A DNA stretch of 64,000 nt from Halodesulfurarchaeum sp. (GCA_034520565.1 JAXHNL010000002.1:1248001-1312000); one strand, 5' to 3'. Counted from the first letter of the stretch, positions 38,732 through 48,422 are shown. Numbers and translations: made by a program. Notes: a model not told the origin generated them from the sequence alone.

Positions 38732-41005
38732 ATGCAAGTGACGGCGATGGACTGGCAGCCGATTCAGGAACTTGTCCGGGAAGCTGCCAGTCACGACGAA
38801 CGCCGGCTTCTCGTGCTCGCCGGCGAATCGGGGCACTCCGAAGCGGTCCGTGGAGCCCTCGAAGCCGCGGATGCTGCGTTGGGCGACGGTTCGATATTCG
38901 ACGATTCGACTGTCGTTGGGCCTCCGTCGGGACTCCCCTGTGATCACCTCGCTCCAGACGACGTGGGCCAGCTGCTCGGCACGACGCGAACGGCAGTCGT
39001 TCTCGACTGTCGGGCGGCCTGCCGACCGAACGACCTCGGGCAGGTCGTCGGGGCCGTCGACGGTGGTGGGCTACTGGTCTTGTTGACGCCGCCACTCGGC
39101 GACTGGCCCTCTCGACGCGACGAGTTCGACGAGACACTGGCTGTCCCGCCGGACACCGTCGATGCCGTCACGGGCCACTTTCGCGACCGTCTGGTCGAAA
39201 CGCTCACCGTTCATCGGGGCGTCGCCATCGTCGACCTCGACGCCGACGAATTCGTTCGCGACGGGCTGACGGGACAGGCACCACGACGGGATCCTCCGCC
39301 GATCGAAACGCCAGCCGGGACGGAAGCGATTCCCGATCCACTGTTCGAGAGCTGTCTCACCCAGGATCAGGCCGACGCGCTCGCGGACCTCGCGGCGCTC
39401 GCGACCGGACCGACGGCAGCCGTACTCGAAGCCGATCGGGGACGCGGCAAATCGAGCGTAGCTGGCCTTCTCGCCGCCTGGTTCGTCGCGAGAGGGGAGC
39501 GAGTCGTGGTCACCGGGCCGAGCCGGTGGGCCGCAACGGCATTCTTCGAACGGATTCTGGAGGTCCTCCCGCCCCTCGATGGCGTCCGATCCGTCGACGG
39601 TTCACCGCCGAACCGGATTGTAGCCGCGAGCGGCGGCGAGATCGAGTTCGTCGCGGCCCAGGAAATGGAGTCCAAACTGGAATTGGCTGCCGTCCTCTTC
39701 GTCGAAGAGGCCGCCGCCCTCCCCGTCGCCCTGCTCGAATCGACGCTCTCGGTCCCGCGTGTTGCCTACACCACGACGGTCCACGGGTACGAGGGATCGG
39801 GCCGGGGGTTCGCGGTCCGGTTCCGCGACAGCCTCGCGGCAGCCCGTCACGACGTTCTCGATATCACGCTCGCCGAACCGATTCGCTACGCTGGTGGCGA
39901 CCCGGTCGAAGTGTGGGCCGCACGGGCGCTGCTGCTCGATGCCTCACCGGTTCCAGGCTCGCTGATCGAGGACGCCAGACCGGAGACGGTGAGGTATCTG
40001 GGACTCGATTCCGAGACGCTCCGTCGGGACGAACAGTTGCTCCGGGAGGTGTTTGGCCTGCTCGTGACGGCCCATTACCGGACCGAACCCGCGGATCTCG
40101 CCAGACTGCTCGACGGGTCGAACCTCGCCGTCCGGGCCCTCCTTCGGGACGGACACGTCGTTGCCGTGGCCCTAATCGCCCGGGAAGGGGGTCTTCCGCC
40201 CGAGACCCTCGAACGCGTCTCGCTCGGCGAGCGAATCCGGGGCAACATGCTCCCGGACGTTCTAATGAGCCAGTTACGGGACGAGGACGCCGGGCGGTTG
40301 GTCGGTATTCGGGTCGTTCGAATCGCCACCCATCACGCGGTTCGGTCACGGGGGCTGGGAAGTTACCTGCTCTCCAACGTCGAGGACGAGTTCGGGCCAG
40401 TTGTCGACTGGATCGGGACGGGATTCGGTGCGACCCCCAAACTCGTCTCCTTCTGGCAGGCAAACGGCTACGAGCCGATCCACCTCTCGACGAGCCGCAA
40501 TGAGCGCAGTGGGGAACACTCCGTGCTGATGCTTAAGCCCACAGCCGACCCCGGGAATGTCCTCGCCGACGCACATGGGCGTTGGTTCGGAACCAGAATT
40601 GGTGGTGTCCTCCAGGATTCACTCGAGGATCTCGACCCGGACGTCATTCGCGCAGTCCTGGACGCGGGCACTCACCCTCCGTCGTTGGCATTTTCGCCTC
40701 ACCGGTGGCGGGTCATCGCCGGCGCAGCCTTCGGTCCCGGCCTGTACAGCGTCGACCCAGAACCGTTTCGCACGCTTTCCCTCCACGGACTCGTCGATGG
40801 TGCGGTGGATCTGTCCGATCGGGAGGAGCGACTGTTGGTTCGCGGCCTGCTACAGGGGCATTCCTGGGATCGAGTCGCGGACGAACTCGATTTCGTCTCC
40901 GGGACCGCGGCGATGCGGGCCTTCGGGCGAGCGCTGCAACCGCTGGTCGAGGAATACGGTCCAGAAGCACTCGACACGTATCGGACCCGCTTCGAGTCGG
41001 CGTAA
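38732..41005 (+). CDS. tmcA: tRNA/rRNA cytidine acetyltransferase TmcA
   Basis: ADRGRGKS, TTVHGYEGSGRGF, EPIRY...DPVE, AHYRT, RIATH...GLGS; start approximate. Confidence 0.93.
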   Translation: MQVTAMDWQPIQELVREAASHDERRLLVLAGESGHSEAVRGALEAADAALGDGSIFDDSTVVGPPSGLPCDHLAPDDVGQLLGTTRTAVVLDCRAACRPNDLGQVVGAVDGGGLLVLLTPPLGDWPSRRDEFDETLAVPPDTVDAVTGHFRDRLVETLTVHRGVAIVDLDADEFVRDGLTGQAPRRDPPPIETPAGTEAIPDPLFESCLTQDQADALADLAALATGPTAAVLEADRGRGKSSVAGLLAAWFVARGERVVVTGPSRWAATAFFERILEVLPPLDGVRSVDGSPPNRIVAASGGEIEFVAAQEMESKLELAAVLFVEEAAALPVALLESTLSVPRVAYTTTVHGYEGSGRGFAVRFRDSLAAARHDVLDITLAEPIRYAGGDPVEVWAARALLLDASPVPGSLIEDARPETVRYLGLDSETLRRDEQLLREVFGLLVTAHYRTEPADLARLLDGSNLAVRALLRDGHVVAVALIAREGGLPPETLERVSLGERIRGNMLPDVLMSQLRDEDAGRLVGIRVVRIATHHAVRSRGLGSYLLSNVEDEFGPVVDWIGTGFGATPKLVSFWQANGYEPIHLSTSRNERSGEHSVLMLKPTADPGNVLADAHGRWFGTRIGGVLQDSLEDLDPDVIRAVLDAGTHPPSLAFSPHRWRVIAGAAFGPGLYSVDPEPFRTLSLHGLVDGAVDLSDREERLLVRGLLQGHSWDRVADELDFVSGTAAMRAFGRALQPLVEEYGPEALDTYRTRFESA

Positions 41006-41077
41006 TTGGGTCCGGAGTCCGGGGCAGGGAGCGGATATCCCTTTCAATCCACAACTGGTGACAGTTTCTAACTTCCT

Positions 41078-41104
41078 TGCTGCATACAACGCGCGTATCT
41101 TGCA
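41078..41104. repeat. 27-bp 10-7-10 site S1
   Basis: TGCTGCATAC-AACGCGC-GTATCTTGCA. Confidence 0.8.
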
Positions 41105-41290
41105 TGAGTACGCTATTTCTCGTCGGGCTTTCGTCCTGACAGTCGTCATGACGGTAAGGTACGTCGGCTGACGGGCAAACGACCGTCGGTGTACTCGCAG
41201 GCTGGGTCGGTCCATTCCACGAGGGGCTGCTGGCGCGCCAAGCCACAGGGTCAGATCTCGGTCGCACCGAGGCCGCAGCGGCCGTTGTCC

Positions 41291-41872
41291 TCAGCCCGGT
41301 TGGGGCCTGACCTGCCGGCCGACGAGTACGAGACTGCCGACGAGCAGGGTGACCGAGACCGGCAACAGTAACTGAAACGCAGTCAATAGCGTGCTCGACG
41401 CTTGGATCCCCAGCATGATCAGCACCACCGGGCCACAGCAGGCCGTCCCCGAGAGCAGCGCAGGAATACTCGCGAGGAACCCGCTCGACGAGCGGCCGAT
41501 GCCGCAGGCCTTGGGCTGCATCCACACCAAATAGGTCAGCGCGAGGTTCAGCCCCACTAGCAGGGCGATGGAACCGCCAAGCACGGTATTGAACGAGAAC
41601 AGGTAGGTGATTGGGCCGACGGTGACCCGGGCGATTGGCGTGAACATGAAGGGACCGAGTTCGGGCTGCAGGAACTTACCGAACGGGTCGGCGATGACCG
41701 TCATGCCGGTATTACCGAGGCCCGTGGCGAGATGATTGATCATCCAGAGGTAGACTGACAGGTAGACGGCCGACACAGCGCCGAAAACGACGGCGGCGTC
41801 GCGGCGGCGGAGCGCAAACATGGTGGCAGTGTGTGTCCGCCCAAACGCGGTCCGGACGCTGGCGACTGACAT
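41291..41872 (-). CDS. Four-TM membrane protein with C...CCGP motif
   Basis: Hydrophobic helices; PKACG...SGTACCGP. Confidence 0.8.
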   Translation of the reverse strand: MSVASVRTAFGRTHTATMFALRRRDAAVVFGAVSAVYLSVYLWMINHLATGLGNTGMTVIADPFGKFLQPELGPFMFTPIARVTVGPITYLFSFNTVLGGSIALLVGLNLALTYLVWMQPKACGIGRSSSGFLASIPALLSGTACCGPVVLIMLGIQASSTLLTAFQLLLPVSVTLLVGSLVLVGRQVRPQPG

Positions 41873-41873
41873 G

Positions 41874-42990
41874 TTACGCATAGGTGGTGGTCCCTGGATA
41901 GTAGCCCGCCCAGGCAAACCACATCGCGTCAAAGGTGTGGATGTGCGTGAGCGAGAGTGCGTCCGGCGCGTGGTCGGCCCCGTCCGGCCCGACGACCGTC
42001 CCGTCGTCGTATTCGAACGAGATCCCGTCGGGGTTTTCGTAGATGTAGGCCGTATCTAATCGATCGTCGTAGATGGCCACGACCGGCGTGTCACCGAGTG
42101 CGCCCGTCATGACGTGCTGGTCCCGGATGGCGTCCTTTCGGAAGGCCACGGCGCCGTCGGGTGCCCGCGCGCCCATGACGACAGTTTTGTCTTCGAATGT
42201 GTCCGGCCCCTCAAGCGAGGGGAACATTCCACCGCCGCTCCGGTAGTACCCCCCGAGGGGATTGTAAGAGCCGTAGGGATCGTTGCCGTAGTTCCTCGCG
42301 GAGCCGGTGTCCGTCGAAAGGACGCGCGTGTCGGGGTGTTGGGTCCGCCACCGGTCCCACGTGGTCCAGACGAGCCGGAACTCGCGCAACGAGTGGGTCC
42401 CCGGCGACGCGTTCCAGGGCCCCGGAATCGAGGTGGCCAGGATCTGGGGCCACCACGTTTCCGTCGCGCGGTCGTACATCACGAGGTTGTTGTTGATCAG
42501 CCGGCCGGAGACGCCGAAGGTCGTCGTCCCCCGCTCGAACCCCAGGACGGTTCCCGTAAGGGGGCAGTAGGTCACGCTCACCGGTTCGTCCCCGAGGGTA
42601 TCGTTGACGATCTCGTGCTGGGCGAGGATTTTCTGGGCGTAGACCTTCGTCTCGCCGTTCCGGACCACGCCGAACACTGGGTCACCGGGGTCGAGAAAGT
42701 CGACCGCGGACGGGTCGATGAACTGCGGGTCATCGATCGACGGGATGCCGTCCTTGGGTGGGCCACCGGACCGGGCCGCATCTCGGAGTTCGACGGGCGC
42801 CATTGGCAACGGGAGCTGTCGATCCGCCGTCGGTACCGCCGGCGACCCGTCTCCGGACTCTGATGGAGCCTGGGCAGACCCCGTTCGGTGTCGGCGTCCC
42901 CTGTTCCGGTGTATCCCTCCCGCTACTACATCCGGCAATCGCCGTGATACCTGCCACGGCGAGGAACTGGCGACGAAAAATGTGATTCAT
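41874..42990 (-). CDS. DUF3179 protein with Tat-lipoprotein signal; one frameshift near 42880
   Basis: N-terminal RRQFL...IAGC in one frame; GGPPKDGIPSIDDP, HEIVND, TYCPLTG, GVSG.L...NLVMYDR.T and WFAW in the next frame. Confidence 0.85.
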
Positions 42991-43087
42991 ATTATAAGAT
43001 TGGCGCTCTATCAGTTAACGGTTACACCAACGTGTGACATCTTTACACACTCGATGAAGCGTAAGGTATTCCCTTTCAGGAACACAC

Positions 43088-43114
43088 CGCTGACTACAGC
43101 CTCTACATCTTGCA
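43088..43114. repeat. 27-bp 10-7-10 site S2
   Basis: CGCTGACTAC-AGCCTCT-ACATCTTGCA, followed by linker GTCGGTTTCTGACAAC. Confidence 0.7.
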
Positions 43115-43153
43115 GTCGGTTTCTGACAACCTCTGATTAGATCTCACGGAGCG

Positions 43154-43180
43154 TGCTGAATACAACGCGCATATCTTGCA
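43154..43180. repeat. 27-bp 10-7-10 site S3
   Basis: TGCTGAATAC-AACGCGC-ATATCTTGCA; 25/27 identical to S1. Confidence 0.8.
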
Positions 43181-43463
43181 AAGCAATCGCTGAGCGCAGT
43201 TCGAAATGATGCCAAGTCTTGGAGATCAAGAACTTATAATTGCGAATCATGCTCTCCGGCTTCTTCCACTCAATAAAATCTCCGAAACTCTCGATTATCC
43301 TCGTAACTTTCCCAGTTTCGTACGCAATCATTTCCAAAATTATCGATATTTGTTTCGTCTCATCGTTCGGCCGATCGAAGTCTACCACTTTGAAGTGGAA
43401 CTCCACATCTTGGTCTCGAATTCGATTGTGTCGCTACCCGTCTCGATTTCAGATACTAGAATG

Positions 43464-43708
43464 GGCCTTGTTTAGACGCTAGCGAAAGACGCTCTAAGCG
43501 CGGTTTCGATAGTGAAAATCGGGAAAATGTATTGAGTGTGTACGTCGAAAGCCGAGACAGGAGAGCGGTAGAACCCGGGCAAAACCCGCTAAATTGGCCG
43601 GATGGTCTGAATCGGCTCCAAGATGTCGCGGTCCTTGTCCGACTGTCGATGGTTGACTTCGGCAGGGGCGGCGTTCATACAGGTGAATTCAAGCGTCTAA
43701 ACACGGCC
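43464..43708. mobile_element. 245-bp MITE related to the IS5 element at 47251
   Basis: TIRs GGCCTTGTTTAGACG / CGTCTAAACACGGCC; flanks CTAGAATG and CAAGAATG form an imperfect 8-bp TSD; no transposase. Confidence 0.8.
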
Positions 43709-43772
43709 CAAGAATGACTAATGGGCAGGTTCTCGGAAAAACTATTAACTATTAACCAGTTATTACCAGCCT

Positions 43773-46700
43773 ATGGACGAGGAAATCCAATCGAGACTTT
43801 TTCTGGGGAATAAAATAACCCGACGTAACCTTCTTCGGTCTACAACTGGTGCGTTTCTATTTTTGAACTCGCCCCTCGTTTCGGCTGCTTCTGGCACCAG
43901 TACGAATAGAACTAGTAAACAATTGAAATTAGACGAAAATTCACAGATCACGAAACCGTCCTATCTTCCGTATCCATCTGATCCTTTTATATTGGGTCAA
44001 TTTGCAGACCAATATTTGAGTTCTACCGACCGCCAGGGATGGGAGCCAGTGCCGATAAATGAGGAGATCCACACCCTTCTTCGTTTGCACTTGGATGTCC
44101 TTGATAGTGCTCCACTGGCATCGTTTGAAAATGGTGAGTTACTTCCCAACTCCTCTGCTTCCAATGCACTCGACTTTTCGCTTCGAACCGACGTGCCCGC
44201 AACGGCGGGTCGAAATACCACGATCGAAATGGGTCGCGTTGAAGAGGGGTCCATGGAACCAATCCTGTCAGAACACGATTGGACGCAACCAAATGGTGAG
44301 CCTGTCACGTCCGTTTCGGAGAATCTAGCGGAGACGATAGCGGGCGAAGATCAGTATATGGAATGGACATTTACTACAAATGGAATTCCGTCTGCATTCG
44401 CACCCCTCGGTTTACATTTGATGATAAAATCGACAACAGAACGACTAGAACAGGGATTTGCTGGGTTTTTTGTAGATATGCTTTTTTTGTTCCATGGGCT
44501 AGATTTCTCTGACTGGGCGACTACTGCCTTCACGAAGCATTTGAGTTCGCTCCCACAAAGCCGTCTCGAAGAACTCGATATAAAAGCTCCTTCAGAATTC
44601 AAGGTGAAGGAGTATTTAAAGCAAGAAAACCTCACACCCGAGTCCGACATCAACCCTCTGGAAGATCCTGTGTTTCGAGAGTTCATCGTTCATAACCATC
44701 TTGGGGTCCGAGAGTTCTTTGCGGACTATCGTGACGCTGTATCAGGGTCTTTTCCGGACCGTAGCACAGCAGATGAGATTGCCCTCTGGGCGAACCAGTT
44801 CGTCGGGAGTTTATACAATCCCCAGGCCGTCAATGTCTATGTATCCGACTTTCTCGATCTGATTAACACAGAACATTTCCCCACGGTCAACGAACCCTCA
44901 GACCACAAATATAAACTCTTAAAGGCAAACGGCCGATTCTCGAAGCCTGTTATCGCCAAAGCGACGATAACCAAATCACCCGGCTCTGAGGAATATCCCG
45001 GATTTGACCCGACAAAGTCATATCCAATGCTCCAAAGGTATCAGGTCGCTGAGGCCTTCGCAAATGGTGCACGCCTGAAGATACCATTGTCCCCACGTGG
45101 AGCACACTCTACAAACGAGTCAATCACTCAGTGGATTCAGGCCGATGGAAATGTCCCCTCCGAATTGCAAGAGTTCATCGATTTTGTTTGGGCCCACAAA
45201 CGATTCCTAACCGATGAGGAGCCGAACCACCCGGTCGCCGTCATTTGGTCTCTCCCCGACCGAATGTTCCGGAAACTTCCACAATGGGATATTGAGCCAA
45301 GAGAGCAGTCACAATCGGGGGTGTCTTCGTTCAATGGAACGACTACGCTCCTCCGTGAGGCCCAAATTCCATACACTGTGCTCACATTTGGACACCCAAG
45401 ACTTTGGGAGGACACCGATTTACTCGAAGGTCTACAGGAGTATGAAGTGATCATCCTCCCCAATGTCCGCTCCCTCTCGGAGGCCCAACTATCTGCACTT
45501 TCCGATTACGTAGACCAGGGCGGGCACCTGGTCGCAAATGGTCAAACGCCAGATAGAACTGCAAATTTCGCCCCTCTAAATAATCTCGATGGGCTCTTCG
45601 AGAAAGATAGAGCAATCGTTCTATCGGGAGACCCAGGCTCATATCGGGAGGAGAAGGGTCAGGCAAAGGGATCCCTTTATTCTGAACTTGAGAAAATTGA
45701 TGTCAACCCAATAATACCGAACGATAATACCAGCCTTAGCGTTAATATTCGGCAACAATCTGAAAATAACCGGACCATTGTACATTTGTTGAATCACGAC
45801 TACTCACGACAAACGGACTCCTTCGACCCAATTAGAGATATCCCGGTCACGGTGCCGAACCTTGGTCACGATGTATCGGCGGTACAGTTCTTCTCGCCCC
45901 AAAAATCGAAAACTCTCGATTTCGAAAGTGGCGGAAATAATATCCAGTTCACGGTTCCAGAAATCGTTGATTGGGGATTCGTCGTCCTTGCGACCTCCGA
46001 ATCCAGCATTTTCCCGACCGAGAACAAAAATGATGCGCAAAAAAAGGTTCAGCAGGCTGAAGAAACACTCGCCAAAGCCACCGACGAAGGATTTGACTGG
46101 TCGCCAGAGTCCACTATCGCTGAAGCCGAACTCGAGAATGCACGGATAGCTTTCGACCACCAGGCGTACGGTCAAGCAGTGGAAGCTGCCGAGGCAGCAC
46201 ATTCCGCAGCCGCCGAAACGACATATCCGCGACCGACGATTGCACTTGACCTCGCGCATTCTCAGTCTTCTTCCTATGACGGTGAGCTACAAGGTGAGCC
46301 ACTTGAAGATCTCAAGAATGAGTTTCAACATTTGGATTATCGACTCATCGATTCGTGGAGCGAGGATGAACTCGCCGATGTCGACGTACTCATCGTACCC
46401 CCAGCATTACGTTACAAGGGAGAAAGTTTTGGCTTTAAAGATAGCGAAATCGACCAGATCGTTTCATTTGTTGAGGGAGGTGGCAGTCTTGCGATCTTGG
46501 CAAGGGGGGCGGTTGCACGGGATATTGATGACCTAACCGAACAATTTGGCTACCGGTTTGACGGGTCCTCAATCCAATTTCCAGAGGGAATAGAAGAGTA
46601 TGCCACGGTCACCGATCCACTTCATCCATTAACACGGGGAGTAAGGCGGTTTTACGTAGATTGGGGAACGCCCATAACGCAGATGCCCGATGATGCAACG

Positions 46701-47147
46701 GTACTCGCCACAGTTGGTAAGGAGACCGGTGCATGGCTACACGACGAAACACCACATGACACCCGCCAAGAAGGAGAGAAATTATTGCAGAAAGACCCGA
46801 TATATGCGGTCTCAAAGCAGGGACTTGGCCGGGTTGCTGTTCTGGGTCAATGGGCGTATTTATACCATGAGGGATTGCACCACTGGAAAGCACTAACCGG
46901 CAATCTCGTTTCTTTCCTCGGGCAATCAGCTGCTGCCACCCAAGCTGAGTCAGTGGAAACCAACCCGACGTCGACCGACGTTTCCAATGAGACTACGGAG
47001 ACCACCCCAACACCGACCGACGTTTCCAATGAGACTACGGAGACCACTGATGAAACTGCTCCAGGGTTTGGGTTTGGGACAGGAATTGCTGGTCTTGTCG
47101 GGACAGGATACTTTCTCCATCGATTACGCGACACAGACCAAGACTAA
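43773..47147 (+). CDS. 1124-aa Tat-exported, PGF-CTERM-anchored protein; GH42/GHL-like core plus GATase-like domains
   Basis: RRNLL Tat motif; C-terminal Thr-rich linker, APGFG, TM helix and HRLRD; visibly AT-richer than flanking core genes. Confidence 0.8.
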   Translation: MDEEIQSRLFLGNKITRRNLLRSTTGAFLFLNSPLVSAASGTSTNRTSKQLKLDENSQITKPSYLPYPSDPFILGQFADQYLSSTDRQGWEPVPINEEIHTLLRLHLDVLDSAPLASFENGELLPNSSASNALDFSLRTDVPATAGRNTTIEMGRVEEGSMEPILSEHDWTQPNGEPVTSVSENLAETIAGEDQYMEWTFTTNGIPSAFAPLGLHLMIKSTTERLEQGFAGFFVDMLFLFHGLDFSDWATTAFTKHLSSLPQSRLEELDIKAPSEFKVKEYLKQENLTPESDINPLEDPVFREFIVHNHLGVREFFADYRDAVSGSFPDRSTADEIALWANQFVGSLYNPQAVNVYVSDFLDLINTEHFPTVNEPSDHKYKLLKANGRFSKPVIAKATITKSPGSEEYPGFDPTKSYPMLQRYQVAEAFANGARLKIPLSPRGAHSTNESITQWIQADGNVPSELQEFIDFVWAHKRFLTDEEPNHPVAVIWSLPDRMFRKLPQWDIEPREQSQSGVSSFNGTTTLLREAQIPYTVLTFGHPRLWEDTDLLEGLQEYEVIILPNVRSLSEAQLSALSDYVDQGGHLVANGQTPDRTANFAPLNNLDGLFEKDRAIVLSGDPGSYREEKGQAKGSLYSELEKIDVNPIIPNDNTSLSVNIRQQSENNRTIVHLLNHDYSRQTDSFDPIRDIPVTVPNLGHDVSAVQFFSPQKSKTLDFESGGNNIQFTVPEIVDWGFVVLATSESSIFPTENKNDAQKKVQQAEETLAKATDEGFDWSPESTIAEAELENARIAFDHQAYGQAVEAAEAAHSAAAETTYPRPTIALDLAHSQSSSYDGELQGEPLEDLKNEFQHLDYRLIDSWSEDELADVDVLIVPPALRYKGESFGFKDSEIDQIVSFVEGGGSLAILARGAVARDIDDLTEQFGYRFDGSSIQFPEGIEEYATVTDPLHPLTRGVRRFYVDWGTPITQMPDDATVLATVGKETGAWLHDETPHDTRQEGEKLLQKDPIYAVSKQGLGRVAVLGQWAYLYHEGLHHWKALTGNLVSFLGQSAAATQAESVETNPTSTDVSNETTETTPTPTDVSNETTETTDETAPGFGFGTGIAGLVGTGYFLHRLRDTDQD
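46965..47048 (+). repeat. Intragenic 42-bp tandem repeat encoding PT(S/P)TDVSNETTET(T)
   Basis: CGACCGACGTTTCCAATGAGACTACGGAGACCAC occurs twice. Confidence 0.85.
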
Positions 47148-47250
47148 CTCCGTATTATAAAACCGCCCTGGGTAATTTACCAACGCGTACTAAGTAAAGA
47201 GCAATTTCCTTTCGCAATCCCAAGAAAGTATTTGCTGAATACATCCTCTG

Positions 47251-48234
47251 GGCCTTGTTTAGACGCCTGATTTCACCGGTTTGAACCCTCAAACGCGCGT
47301 TCGATGTTTCGGACCGCGGATTTCATGACAAGTTCACGGAATTGGCCGAACCAGGTTCTCGACCAGAGCGTATCTCCGTATCTGCGTCGGAAACCGAAAA
47401 ACACCGATTCAGCGTTTGAACGTTGGTGATACGCCCGATCATGGATAAGCAAATTTCTCGCCCATCCTCGCATTCCAGGATCTCGCTGCGGAATCAGCGG
47501 TGTGATACTTTCCGCACGCAACCGTGTTCGAAGTTCCTCCCAGTCGTAGCCCTTATCCGCCGCGACAGTGCCTAAAACGTCGAGATTCCGCACTAGCACT
47601 TGCCAGCCGACCTGTGTATCGTGCGGTTGTTTCATCGAGCAATGTATATCTAGGATTGCACTTGTCTTGCAATCGATAAGTACTGACGCTTTGACCGCTT
47701 CAAATGTGTAGTCGGTTCGTTCGGCGTAGTGCTGGCTAGCTTGGACGCGATCAACGCCGGTCGCATCGATTGCCTGCACCTCGCCGAGCTCGTATAGATC
47801 GACCGAAAAATCGAGCATTGCTCGCCACCGCTTCATCGGAATCTCTTGCTTTCTCGCGCAAACAGTCGAGAAGTGTGGTAGCGTCTCAGGCGGTTAAACC
47901 AAGTAATATTCGCGACTTTCGGCATTTCTCGCAGTACATCCATCAGCTTCCGGTAATCGTGGTGATCAAGATACTCTTTCAGTCCCTGAATAGCGAGAAT
48001 TACCCAGTCGGCATAGCCATATTTTCCTGGTCGAAAAGCCGGATCTGGCCGACCAACGACGGCTTTTTGTGCGAGCGATACCACCTTCTTCGTGAAGCGG
48101 GCGGTCTTGGTTAGCACATCAAAACCGACCCGCTTCACTTCCTAGTAATTTTGGTAATTCTTTAGAGTTACTAGAACCCTGATAATGGTGGTACAAGCTC
48201 TAGTCTGCTCGAATTTGATCGTCTAAACAAGGCC
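47251..48234 (-). mobile_element. IS5-family (ISH1/ISH9-like) insertion sequence, 984 bp
   Basis: Perfect 15-bp TIRs GGCCTTGTTTAGACG; 9-bp TSD CATCCTCTG at 47242-47250 and 48235-48243. Confidence 0.93.
47273..48138 (-). pseudogene. IS5-family DDE transposase, frameshifted near 47880-47910
   Basis: AIDATG, ADKGYD and YHQRSNAESVF in ORF 47273-47836; N-terminal part lies in another frame. Confidence 0.85.
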
Positions 48235-48422
48235 CATCCTCTGTATTCAGCAGTCCGGTTCTATCAACAGCTGAATAAGCCACTCGAAATTCCGCTGCAT
48301 TGGCACAGTTATTTCACTCCCAGACCATCCCCTCCTACGGAACTTCTTCTCGCCCCTCGAAGGTATCCAATCCGCTCACGAACCGGCCCGAACCCTTTGT
48401 CGTTCGAACCGAATATGCAATT

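Larger units (their letters stand above)
47233..48252. repeat. 27-bp site S4, split by the IS insertion
   Basis: Left arm TGCTGAATAC at 47233-47242, right arm GTATTCAGCA at 48243-48252; reconstructed empty site TGCTGAATAC-ATCCTCT-GTATTCAGCA has perfectly inverted arms. Confidence 0.8.

Noticed and set aside
43137-43406. 89-aa ORF as a real gene
   Set aside because: It runs through site S3, has no recognisable motif and has non-halophilic composition; probably a remnant or spurious
47172-47198. Additional 27-bp site with an AACGCG spacer
   Set aside because: The spacer resembles S1/S3 but the arms do not match TGCTGAATAC; too degenerate to count
43464-48234. Large gene having arrived as a composite transposon
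   Set aside because: The MITE and the IS each have their own TSD, and the outer flanks do not share a duplication
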